This document shows, piece after piece, positions 1 through 11,197 of a DNA stretch of 64,000 nucleotides. Within the stretch, counting starts at the first letter, position 1, and every line of letters begins with the position of its first letter. The stretch comes from Antedon mediterranea (taxonomy: Eukaryota > Animalia > Echinodermata). The notes under the pieces were generated by a model. It was not told where the DNA came from, ran no database searches, and saw only the letters and a list, made by a program, of their open reading frames with translations. Both the position numbers and the translations under genes were made by a program. The DNA lies in NCBI RefSeq assembly GCF_964355755.1, contig NC_092671.1, forward strand, positions 24,936,070 to 25,000,069, given 5' to 3'.

Positions 1-770
1 ATTTTAGATGGAAGACTGCAGTCTTAGAGTGAGGAGTGCAGATTCAAGAATAAGGAAGAGTGCAGTTTCAGATGAAAGATTGTAGCTTTGGGACAAGTGC
101 AGATATTCAGAATAAGGAAGAGTGTTGTTTTAGAATAGGGAGGATTGCAGTTTTAGAATAAGGAAGCATGCCCTTTTAGATGGAAGACTGCAGTCTTAGA
201 ATAGATAAGAGTTGACAGGATAAGATAGGAAGACTGCAGTTATAGAATAAGGAAGAGTGCTGTTTTAGAATAAGGAAGAATGCTGTTTTAGAATAAGGAA
301 GAGTGCATTTTTAGAATAAGGAAGGAACATGTCAAATCAATCTTGTGTAGTTGACGATTATACACTAATTCCCTCATATTTAAATTTAATTGCAACCTGT
401 ATACCTCCTACTAGGTACTGTACACTAATTTCCCCAACACTTTAATAAAGTACAAATTTATTGGGAATGTCAAGGCATCGACATGATTGGTTAATACAGG
501 ATGACAATCTTAAACTCTTCTGAGAATATGCTTTAAAATCGACAAGAACTTCACACCATTTTATAAACGCTCTGAGTGACAATAATAACAGGAAACTACA
601 GTACCCGAAGGATTCTCCTCCTTGTAATTACTTTTTGAGTAATCCTGCTAACAAACAGACAAACACACGTAATCAACTACAATACCTCCTTGGCAGAGGT
701 AAATAAGAAAGACTGAAGTTTTAGATTAAGAAAAAGTGCAATTTAGAAAAGGAAGAATGCAGTTTTGTTA
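1..770. repeat. Degenerate ~20-22 bp minisatellite (gcagttttagaataaggaaga), interrupted at 326-700
   Basis: Repeated ttagaataaggaaga cores at 1-325; the pattern resumes at 701-770. Confidence 0.85.
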
Positions 771-1094
771 AATTATAATAATCAATAAACGTAATAGTAT
801 AGGCATTCATTAATATTAGAGTACTGTAGTTTCCTGTTATTATTGTCACTCAGAGCGTTTATAAAATGGTGTGAAGTTCTTGTCGCTTTTAAAGCATATT
901 CTCAGAAGAGTTTAAGATTGTCATCCTGTATTAACCAATCATGTCGATGCCTTGACATTCCCAATAAATTTGTACTTTATTAAAGTGTTGGGGAAATTAG
1001 TGTACCTAGTAGGAGGTATACAGGTTCCAATTAAATTTAAATATGAGGGAATTGGTGTATAATCGTCAACTACAAAAGATTGATTTGACATGTT
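326..1094. repeat. Inverted repeat: arms 326-604 and 821-1094, 216-bp spacer
   Basis: The arms are near-perfect reverse complements (a few substitutions plus one 5-bp indel). Confidence 0.95.
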
Positions 1095-1230
1095 AGGCAT
1101 ATGGCAAGTTGTTTTTAAGTATTTTTAAAAATATTATGAGTTGGAATGATTTTTCTATGTCATATAGAACCTTCTATTCAGTACCGTTTTACTTCTTAAT
1201 TATTGTATAGAATAGCATTTTCATAATTTT

Positions 1231-1553
1231 TACTCGGGTACCCGAGTCTAGGACTCACTCATTTTCTCCTCCTCCATCTGGACACTATTGAGTAAAAAGT
1301 GCGATTTTGAAAGTACTACTCCTCCCTTATTAGTTGTAGTATTGAGCTGGGATTTGGCATGAATATACTATGTCCTCAAAGCTATAGAGCCGGATTTTTT
1401 ATTTTCAAACCGGATGCAGCCATATGACGCCTCGAAGATGGTACCATATAGCCGTATTTGGTAGGTTATTGATGTGTATGTGACGTCACATCCCGTCTTA
1501 TGATGTCATTACAGCTTCATTTGCTGTTCCCCGAGTATCGCACATTCATGCTT
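1231..1553 (+). mobile_element. Helentron-associated (HINE/DINE-1-like) non-autonomous element, copy 1
   Basis: 5' tactcggg with a nearby inverted cccgagt, a 3' subterminal cccgagta followed by a short stem-loop, T-rich flanks, no TSD; second copy at 2067-2388. Confidence 0.65.
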
Positions 1554-1649
1554 TTTTGTTAATTTTAATTAAAAAAAATTTTTAATTAAAATTTGTTTAA
1601 TTAAGAAGCCACAATGTGTGACACACCACAGCGTTATGTTGTTATATTT

Positions 1650-1721
1650 GGCTTCTTGGCGTAGTGGTTATCACGTCTGTTTAATACGCAGAAGGTCCTC
1701 GGTTCGAAACCGGGCGAAACT
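1650..1721 (+). pseudogene. tRNA-Val-derived pseudogene, anticodon reads AAT
   Basis: Val-type body (gtagtggttatcacgtctg...gcagaaggtcctcggttcgaaaccgggcgaaac), intact T arm, T-run terminator, two acceptor-stem mismatches. Confidence 0.8.
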
Positions 1722-1920
1722 TTTTTTTTTTTAACTTTAGGGTGAAAAGTACTGTATACGCAATATGATATACAGTATATCTTTTTTAAATACTTATTTT
1801 GTGTAATCGGTATAATTATCACTTTTACACATGTTTATTTTGCTTTGTGCTTATTACCATATTTATTTGTAATTTAAATGGATTAAAAAACTTTGTGTAA
1901 CCCACATTTTTGGTGCAAGA

Positions 1921-1993
1921 GGTTTCGTAGTGTAGTGGTTAACAAGTCTGCTTAACACAAAGAAGGTCCCCGGTGCGAGCCCTGGCGAAACCT
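1921..1993 (+). pseudogene. tRNA-Val(AAC) pseudogene
   Basis: Perfect acceptor stem ggtttcg/cgaaacc and AAC anticodon, but mutated D stem, anticodon stem and T loop (gtgcgag). Confidence 0.8.
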
Positions 1994-2066
1994 ATTTTTC
2001 TTAAACTTATGGTGAAATATACTGTATACGTAATATGATATACCGGTAGAGTATATCTCGTTTTAT

Positions 2067-2388
2067 TACTCGGGGTACAGTACCTGAGTCTAGGACTCTC
2101 ATCTTTTCCTCTTCTTCTTCCATCCGGACACTATTGAGTAAAAAGCGCGACTTATAAAGTACTACTCCTCCCTTATTCGTTGTAGTATTGAGCTGGGATT
2201 TTGCATGAATACTACAGGGGCATGTCCTCAAATCTATAGATTTTTTAATTTCAAACCGGATGCAGCCATATCACGTCTCGAAGATGGGTTGGTAGCGAGG
2301 TTATTGATGTGTGTGTGACGTTACATCCCGTCTTATGACGTCATTACAGCTTCTTTTACTGTACCACGAGTATCGCACATTCGTGCTT
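2067..2388 (+). mobile_element. HINE/DINE-1-like element, copy 2
   Basis: Colinear with 1231-1553 from end to end; 3' cgagta followed by the gcacattcgtgc hairpin. Confidence 0.65.
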
Positions 2389-3158
2389 GTTTCTTTTTTT
2401 ATACTGAGAACCCCTTCTGAAACAAGATCTGAGCTTAAAAGGTTCATCATCTGCTATTACATATTGTATTAATGTACAAGTTGTTTGATCTTGTCTGCTC
2501 TGTTTGGATAGAAAGAAATCTTGCAATACAATACTACCAGTATCTTCTAAAAAAACCATAGTTGTTTCTAGAAATGTGTCAATAGAAAACCTTATGTTTC
2601 CTGTATCATGTTTCCTGTCAGTATGTCTGTTAATATATTATATTTGTAAAGAAACTATGGATATTGGGAAAGACCAATTTATTTTGTTTTCATCTTGAAT
2701 AGCTGTTTTGTTGACTGATGTGTTGATACTAAATAGTTTACACAATGAATTGCTGCACTGTACAACGAAAGTCTGTAAAAGGCCCTGACTTCTAGAAGAT
2801 ATCAAAGTTAAAATCAAAGTCATTATGTTCACAAAATGATGGAAATAATTAGATATAGATAGAACAGGATTTAAATTCATCACCAGGTCGATTAATCTGC
2901 TCAAACTAAAAAGGTATGTTGTAATACAAGCACAGACATTTTAGAAATGCTATAGATTGTGATACACTATGAAGCATATATACAGTACTTGTGTCAAGTT
3001 TCATTGACAAATATCGGTTGGTTTCAAATTTATAATCAATCATAGAATTTCATAAAACCATTTTATCATAAAATCAAAGTTTCTTGCATAATTACATCTA
3101 CTGCCAAGTTACAAGATTTATGAAAATTTGATAAAAGTGATGAATTAGTTTAGATAGT

Positions 3159-3336
3159 AGGGAGTTTTCGCAGGAGCATGTTACGTTAACTTTAATGATG
3201 ACGTCAATATTCTACTCATTTGCATAACAATGTGGTTCAGCAAACAGTTGAAGAAGGTGGAGCTACAAAGAGGGTGGAGCTTGCGCATTGCATGTTGGGA
3301 AATAACGTTTATGTGCTTATGTGAAAACTCCTCCCT
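3159..3336. mobile_element. Small MITE with agggag...ctccct termini (Harbinger-like)
   Basis: Imperfect TIRs agggagttttcgca / tgtgaaaactcctccct; same terminal motif as 19649-20077. Confidence 0.5.
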
Positions 3337-3589
3337 ATTATTGTGCTTATAGGATTTACAGTATACAGTAGAAAGAACCCTTCTTTTGACACCCTTTGAC
3401 GAGGACACTTTCATGCGAAATGAGGGGAAATATGTTTTACCACTTTATTCATTAGTTGCTAAATTTTGATATCTTTTCAATTTCTGATGTTCAGATCAAT
3501 TCTTTTTTATTTTGGTATATTGTTGTTTGTCTGCCACAGGAAAAAAATCTGAATTTTATAGGTACTTTATATCAAAGTTACATTTTCTA

Positions 3590-3944
3590 AAGGCCCAAGG
3601 AGAATAAAGATTGACAATAAATAGATAAACATGTTTTTTGTCTACATAAAACGAAATCTAAACATTGTTTAGATGAAACTTTAGATACTAGAGGATAACC
3701 ATATATGCTGCCTTTGGTAACACGTCCAAGCAAGTGACGTCATGATTGTTTTTATTGTTCTTATGGATCATGATGTCATTTGTTTGGATTTTGAACTTAG
3801 ATATTATTTTCATCAAAGGCAATATAAATTGTTACCCTATTAGTTCTGGAATGAAAACTTATCTAATTTAATATGTTTTATGTAAGAAAAATCTTTTTTA
3901 ATCTATATCATCGATCGTTATCGTCCTAGTGTAAATAGGCCTTA
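3590..3944. mobile_element. Degenerate foldback MITE
   Basis: aaggcc...ggcctt ends with nested inverted segments, e.g. tccaagcaagtgacgtcatgat / atcatgatgtcatttgtttgga. Confidence 0.5.
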
Positions 3945-4010
3945 ATCCCACCTTGGCCGAACGACTACTTTAAATGGTCTGTGTACAAACTTTCCTCATT
4001 CTACCACATA

Positions 4011-4488
4011 GTATACGGCCATACTGCGTTGAAACACCGGTTCTCGTCAGATCACCGAAGTTAAGCAACGTTGGGCCCGGTTGCGTTCTGGATGGGAGAC
4101 CGTCTAGAAATCGCAGCGGGTGCTGTATATACTGGAAAGTAATGGTGAAATGGTAATATCGGACTAGCATGTGATAGGCATGGGTTCGAGGTTATCTGTA
4201 CCATACTAATTGCATCCTTAGGCAAGATGCTTTGCTTTACTTTACTTACTCTCATTGCCTCATCCTTCGGATGGGATGTAAAGCCGTTGGTCCTGTGTAC
4301 TTAACAGTGCACGTTAAAGAACTTGGTACACTATTCGAAAAGAGTAGGGGATCGTCTCCCGGTGTGCTGATCTGGTGGGCGCTGCACTGCTGGCTACCGT
4401 GGGTCCGTAGAGGGCCTAATCCGAATCTCCTCTGTTTCCAGTTAAGTTTGAGGACTAAGATAATTGCCTTTACCTTTTACCTTTTTTA
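4011..4488 (+). mobile_element. Composite SINE: 5S rRNA-derived head + tRNA-like segment + CORE-like motif + Deu/Nin domain + (tttacc)n tail
   Basis: 4011-4128 follows 5S rRNA. 4142-4190 has A/B-box-like tggtgaaatgg and gggttcgag. 4266-4362 matches the Deu/Nin pattern ttcggatgggatgtaaagccgttggtcc...cacgttaaagaac...cgaaaagagtagggg. A deleted copy lies at 47903-48060. Confidence 0.85.
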
Positions 4489-4602
4489 CATAGATAGCAG
4501 AATTAATTGTTTCCTTTAGCCTATTTGTGAATGTTGAATATAGCCAAAAAATAAATTATGAACTTTTGATGTATGATGCATTTCTTTACTGTTTTGTTCT
4601 AG

Positions 4603-4704
4603 GTTCTCCACAATACTTAGCACCTGAAATCTTTAAAGGAGCTGATCATAGCTTGGCATCTGATTTCTGGTCTCTTGGATGTGTGTTCTATCAGCTTTTT
4701 ACAG
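4603..4704 (+). CDS. ULK4: ULK4 internal exon (kinase subdomains VIII-IX)
   Basis: tag|...|gt boundaries, phase 1-1. (G)SPQYLAPEIFKGADHSLASDFWSLGCVFYQLFT(G) matches my recollection of ULK4 [27 protein letters not shown]. Confidence 0.95.
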
Positions 4705-7700
4705 GTATTTTAAATGTTATTGTTTACCAGAATTTATAAAAACAATGCAAAACTATTTACAAATACATTAGACAAATCTACAAAAACAAAATCAAAATAC
4801 ATGTATGAATAAATAAAGATACAAAGTAGTCCAAGATAAGATGTTGAGCTTTGATTTAGTTCAATGAAGTTGCAGATTTAATATACTGTAGTCCAGAAGC
4901 TGGTTCCAAGAAATGGAGCAGCAAAAATAAAGGACCTTGCAATGTTCTATAAATACAGTACTATTTGTTAAAGTTTCCCTAATATTTGGTAAGCAGACTT
5001 TCCTAACTTTGAAAAAATAAATTATCGGAAGGTTTTTCAAAACTATAGAACGCGATATAGCATAACAATTTGAAATTTAACTAACCATAAAGGCGTTATT
5101 AAAAACTAAAAACATGGGATCTATAATAGTAAACGGTATGTCATGACATGGCAAAAAAGAAAAATGTGATCAAACTCAATTTTTTACTTATTAATCAATA
5201 ATAAGGTTATAGAATAGAGGTTGCAAAATATCGATGGTGTCTGGTCTTTGACTTTTCTATGCTTCTCTGCATAGAAGATGCTAATATGGCAGATCAGACC
5301 CTTTCAGGAGGCTCATGGTAAGTTTTCCTGAGACAGTCTAACTGAAGTCTGGACACTTTCATGCAATATCATCACCTTAGAATGCTCTGTGTGATTATTA
5401 AAACTGGTACTCTGCTACCATCATAAAGCAAGCAGGAAAAGTTCATATGAACAAACGCTACATTGTGATGCATGTTAATACTTACTACACCTTGTTTTAG
5501 ATTAGATACCTTAACGCTGGGAGTCTAAAGGTACAACTTTGTACAACTCTGTGAAAAAGGCAACAACAAAAGACAGGGTTGATTGTAATCCCGCTGTAGA
5601 TATTGCCATAAACAACTACCATAAAGGTATGCGCATAAGGCAATATCATATTAAGAAAATAATACATTATAGAAAATAAAAAATAAAGTTGTTATTGCTT
5701 TAAAGTAATTACTGATGATTATTACAGTGCTGTTGGTATCAAGAATCTCATGTCTCTCAATTGAAATATTGCATCGGAAATACTGGATAATAAGGTCACT
5801 CTGATCAACGCCATCACCCTCTATGAAATTGAATGGTAAACAATATTACTGTAGAGATTGCTGGTACATGAATACAACATGTGGGCATGCGTCCCACATA
5901 TACTGTCTTCTTCACAGTATAGTACCTAACATATTGAGGGTGCACTTTTCATTACTCAGGCTCTATTCTATTTTATAATGCTGTTTGCAATGTTACACAC
6001 CTTTGATGAACAGGAGATTGTGTTATAGGTTGGCTGGCTGGATTTCAATGGAAAGATACAAAAGAAATAAACAGAAAGCTAAATCTATAAAGTAAAACAG
6101 GCAGAAGAAAAGTTTTAAGCTGTCGGAGGAAAAAATATATAAAATATTTAAACTTAATCTTGAAACAGCGTGTGCAATCAAACAGAAAGGCATTTAGTAA
6201 ATAGATCTAGTTACAAATTGATTTCAAGAAGATTATTATTAATAAAATATAAAAATTAATATGAAATCATAAAATATCTAATGTTTGTGAAAGAGGCCAC
6301 TCATTTTTGCATAATAGAATATTTCCTGTTAGTTTCTTGCTCCTTTGTGTACATTCTGCTTTCATTTTGTAATGAGTAAACATAACAAGTTTTCTGCTTT
6401 AGGTCAATTTTATTATCACAACAATCTTTAAATTCCACATCCCACGATACTTACCTTAACTTAAAAACGTTAAAAATGAAACTCTTGGCGGTAGACCTAC
6501 TTCTTCTTTTATATTCTTCCGTTCAAAAAAAATAATGCATACAGTATTACTTTTTTATTATTTTAGGTCATTGCTTGATTTAAATGTACGTTATGGCTAA
6601 TGATAAAAAGATGAAACAATGTATTATCTAGTTCGCATCGCACATTGTCTACCTAGGCGCAACCAAGTATAGGCTAGATGACGGTTGCCTCTAGGTAACA
6701 GCGGTAAAGTACGAACATCGTATCCTAGCTATAGAATGCTTAGCCTTATGTTGTCTCGTTGCTGAATTAACTGTCTTTTGTTTTGGGCAGAATCTGTTAT
6801 CTCGCTGAAAATTTGATTCCATAGCACCAAAGGATATGAAAATATCAATCTCTACATGATGCATGTCGGTCTTTACATTATTAGATTCAACTTATTTTTC
6901 AAATTTTTTTCATTATTGCAAAATATAGACCCACATAAGATTTTTTCCAAAAATGTATTTTTTACCTTAAAATAGACCAAATGAAAAATGTCTTTAAATA
7001 ACCTTTAATACACAAAAAACAGGTTTATAAGTTCCATTAACATGTATCGGATTAAGGGAATTTTTTACATAAGTACATAGTCTGTACGATGTACCAAGTA
7101 CCTAATTAAGCCTAGGTCATGATAGAAGGTCCTTCAGAACAGTTCTAGTATCATTCTAGATCTGTAAAATATACTTAATTATTTTCATTTGATGACATTT
7201 TTCAACCTTTGATTGAAATTGTTTGAGAAGTACCTTGAATGAATGTTGAGTAGTATAGCCATTTAAGCCTTGTATGAAACCAATATTGGAATAACTTAGT
7301 AAGTGATGATAAATTTAGGAAGAAAATTGTACTGTACTGAATATAATTTTGCTTAAATACCATAGATAAAGACAAAGGCTTGAGATTGTAATCACTGCGC
7401 ATGTGTATGTTAAAACAATACTTGTATAAAAATTGTAAACATTTGCTTATAAAGTATTATTTCCATTGTCATTCTCGATAATTAATCTAAAAAATAGATA
7501 TACAGTACAGTTGAACCTCCTGTAAGTGGCCACCCTTGGGACCAGGAAAAGTGACCGCTTATGGGAGGTGACCGTTTATTCATACCACATCAGGCAGGAT
7601 GGACACTTGCAGATACAAACGGTACACAGTATATAATAAACATAAACTTTTTGAAATTCTCTGAATCCTTCATTCACAGCTATATCATTTCTACAAAGAT

Positions 7701-8529
7701 GAGACCCCATGGGATCTAAGAATAGATGAAAAAACGGTTAAAGCGAGAACCTAATAACATAAAGAATAACAATGCCGTTGCAGTATTAAGACCCCTAGGT
7801 ATTGCAGGGTAAATCAGAAATTGATGAAGATCAGCTGAAGGGTCATTCCATCTCAGTTCACCCAAAAAAAATGGAATTTTAAACCCTACCTCTTCCAATT
7901 TTGATGAAATTTGGTATATGGGTGATTCATAGCAATTAAAGCCAAAATTTCAAATTTTAACTTTATCGGACCAACGGTTTTCGAGATATCGCAATTTCAA
8001 TTTTCGGTTTTTACGCAAAAAAGCGCGCGGCCGCCACGTTTCAAAGAGCTGTATCTCGGGAACTATAGGTTCGATTTTAAAAACAAAGGTATTTTTGTAA
8101 AGGGGAGACCATAAGGAACCTAAATATACTAATTGTGTTTGTTTTATGTTAATTTTAAGTTGAATAAAACTTTGACATATATTTTGACCTTGAAATTGAC
8201 CCCGTGGAACACGCCCGATTTGTTGGTGACTATCACGAAAAATGTAGCCCTACGTGTCAACTACAACATATAAAAAAATTGGAGGGGTTTTTTTCTTTGT
8301 TTCCATGAAATTACAATTTGAAGTTGACATACCTCTTCCTTTTAGTGTATTTTTGGTGTTGTTATACTTATACACAGTGTGAACACTAACTGTTAAGGTG
8401 TCTTATTGTTACGCTTTCTCATCAGGCCCACTTAAACAGTAGATGTATTTTGATATGAGAAATACTGGGTAACTCACATACTTTTCAAATCAATTTTGAC
8501 ACATAGTTTAGTGTCCTTACTATGTTATT

Positions 8530-9809
8530 ATGCACATTAACATATGCATAATAAGTGATTGCAGAGAACATACAACAGTTACTGTATATGCCTTTTTAAA
8601 GGTTGTCATCCCCTATATAAAAACAAAACTACCAACCATGAAAAAAGTTCATTATTTCACAGATGGATGTGGCGGCCAATACAAAAACAAATATTACTTT
8701 ATTAACCTTTGCCACTACCAGGAAGATTTTGGTTTAGACGCCGAGTGGAATTTTTTCGCTACATCACATGGCAAGAGTGCGTGTGATGGCATAGGTGGAA
8801 CAGTTAAGAGGCTTGTCACTAAGAGAAGCTTACAGCGTTTGACTGAATGTCATATTATCACATCTCTCAGTATGTTCGACTACTGTGTAATTTTTTATTT
8901 CTATTTTATGTCTTTAGGCAATGTGGCCAAGGATTATCAATAGTGAATTAGTCACTGTCCTATCAGATAGGTGGTAATCCCCCTGATACAGGGGCTATTG
9001 TGTGAACCAGTTCACCGGGGTAACCCCCTACTCTTTTTCGAATAATGAACTGGGTCCTTTAAAGTACACACATGTTATAACTGTGTACACTGGACTATGG
9101 TTTATAGTCCTTATCCGAGAAGACTTGAAGAGAGGAGCGAGTCGGCCTCGAACCCTTGCCGATGTTGTTGTCTTTTAGGTACGGTAAACGGCGCCCCTGC
9201 CTTAACCGCTCGGCCATATGACTCGCTCATATGGACATTCCAGGCATCAACTTTTTTCATGTGGGAATAGATGAGGTATCTACTGTAGAAAAAGAAATAA
9301 AGCCGAGATTCAACCTCGCCCAGACCATCAAGGGTACATTACAATATCATCGCTTTGTTCCCGTTTCTCTGGCACAGATGCAGGTCTACAAACTTAGTAC
9401 CCAGATAAACCCTCCGGATGTGGTAGTGATTCAAGAATCTTTCAGTGATGAAAATGAAATTGTTGCTGATACACAACCCACCATTATTAGACTTCAGAAT
9501 TTTGTGTGCTGTAGTTATGATGGTGTCCCATGGATTGGTTTGGTGGTGGATGTCTCACTCTCAGAAGAGTTTGGGGATTTTCAAATTAAATTTATGCATC
9601 CTCATGGGTCAGCGAAAACCTTTTATTGGCCGTCCAAAGAAGACTGTTGTTGGATTCCTGAATCAAATGTACATTGTATTATAGCCTCTCCGTTTATAAA
9701 ATCCTCTCCGTTTATAAAATCCTCTTCGACTAGGAATTACAGTATTTCCCAAAATGATCGCCACAACATTTCTAAATACTGTTTGAATTGTCCAGATGAC
9801 AAGGAGTAA
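8530..9809 (+). pseudogene. C-terminal half of a Sola2 DDD transposase, interrupted by a SINE
   Basis: The reading frames either side of the SINE rejoin as ...MFDYCV-MDIPGINF... when the insertion and one copy of a 2-bp AT overlap are removed; the N-terminal half is missing. Confidence 0.85.
8892..9230 (-). mobile_element. tRNA-derived Nin/Deu-domain SINE
   Basis: Minus strand: A box tggccgagcgg, B box gggttcgagg, domain tcggataaggactataaacc...taaaggacccag...cgaaaaagagtagggg, A-rich tail. Its 3' part recurs at 38456-38550. Confidence 0.85.
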
Positions 9810-11197
9810 AGGCCAGACATAGACAATTGTAACATTATAATAATATTTAGTTTGTAAATAAAATTAATTTTGGAATACATCAAATTGACATTGAAGTAAT
9901 GCATGGACAGACACCAAAAATACACTAAAAGGAAGAGGTATGTCAACTTCAAATTGTAATTTCATGGAAACAAAGAAAAAAACCCCTCCAATTTTTGTAT
10001 ATGTTGTAGTTGACACGTAGGGCTACATTTTTCATGATAGTCACCAACAAAACGGGCGTGTTCCACGGGGTCAATTTCAAGGTCAAAATATATGTCAAAG
10101 TTTTATTCAACTTAAAATTAACATAAAACACACACAATTAGTATATTTAGATTCCTTATGGTCTCCCCTTTACAAAAATACCTTTGCTTTTAAAATCGAA
10201 CCTATAGTTCCCGAGATACAGCTCTTTGAAACGTGGCGGACGCGCCCTTTTTTGCGTAAAAACCGAAAATTGAAATTGCGATATCTCGAAAACCGTTGGT
10301 CCGATAAAGTTAAAATTTGAAATTTTGGCTTTAATTGCTATGAATCACCCATATACCAAATTTCATCAAAATTGGAAGAGGTAGGGTTTAACTCATTGGG
10401 TGATCTGAGATGGAATGACCCTGAACACAGATAAAGATAATGACAGTAGGCCTACATCAACTTCACTACAACTCAATATGAACAAAAATAAACATGATGA
10501 AATTATTGGCCACATTCCTCTCTGAATGTAGCCCTATGTTAGCATAGCAGGTTTTTAAAGAGGAAGACAAATACAGATACTATGACAGTAACTGGAAAGT
10601 AAGTGAACAGGGGAGCTGGATATGACCTAGAAATACTGTACCATGTAAATACTCATTTTGTGGGACACAAAAACATCCGTCACGTGCAAACCTTTCATGT
10701 AATGGATATTTGCAAGAATGATTACAAATAATTAAATAATTCAATCAAGTACCTAATAACGATTTTGCACACAAGCTTTGAAATAAAGCTATAATAAAGC
10801 ACAATAAGTATAATAATTGTATTTTTATTGTCAAAAGTCAATACAATTTTTCGAGTGGCCGCTTTAACAGGAGGTAATTTAACATACCAAAAATCAAATT
10901 TTTCTAAAAAACGTGACTGCGGCCACTTTACAAGTGGTGGCCGCTTACAGGAAGTACAGAATGCACTAATTCAATAGGAAGAACCAACAGGCTTTTGAAA
11001 GTGCGGCCGTTACGGGAGGTGGTCGCTCACAGAGGTAGACTGTTCATTTAATTTAATTATTTGTCTTGTTTTTTGTATAGTTCTTCACAACATAGTATCA
11101 ATTATTATTAATCTGTCTTATATTTATCTCTATGATAAATACTTATAACTAGTGGTTTACCTGTCCACTGGATGGGGATGGAGAAACAGTCAATCCT

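Larger units (their letters stand above)
7840..10421 (+). mobile_element. Sola2-type DNA transposon, internally deleted
   Basis: TIRs 7840-8359 and 9911-10421 with GGG...CCC termini; 4-bp TSD tgaa (7836-39 and 10422-25); transposase remnant with FTDGCGGQYKN and WNFFATSHGKSACDGIGG motifs. Confidence 0.88.
7508..11042. mobile_element. Old pogo/Tc1-type MITE (cagt...actg ends) split by the Sola2 insertion
   Basis: Left end ta|cagttgaacctcctgtaagtggccacc; right end ggtggtcgctcacagaggtagactg; subterminal gtggccgctta..ggaggt repeats at both ends. Confidence 0.6.

Noticed and set aside
4011-4128. Functional 5S rRNA gene
   Set aside because: It diverges in the 3' half, has no oligo-T terminator and runs directly into a SINE body; a deleted sister copy exists.
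1-4602. Additional upstream ULK4 kinase exons
   Set aside because: I could not recognise any segment with splice signals and ULK4-like translation; they probably lie before the window.
5280-5840. Possible degenerate exons or a transposase remnant (e.g. PAVDIAINNYHKGM)
   Set aside because: No consistent frame or diagnostic motif; the flanking ULK4 exons join in phase without it.
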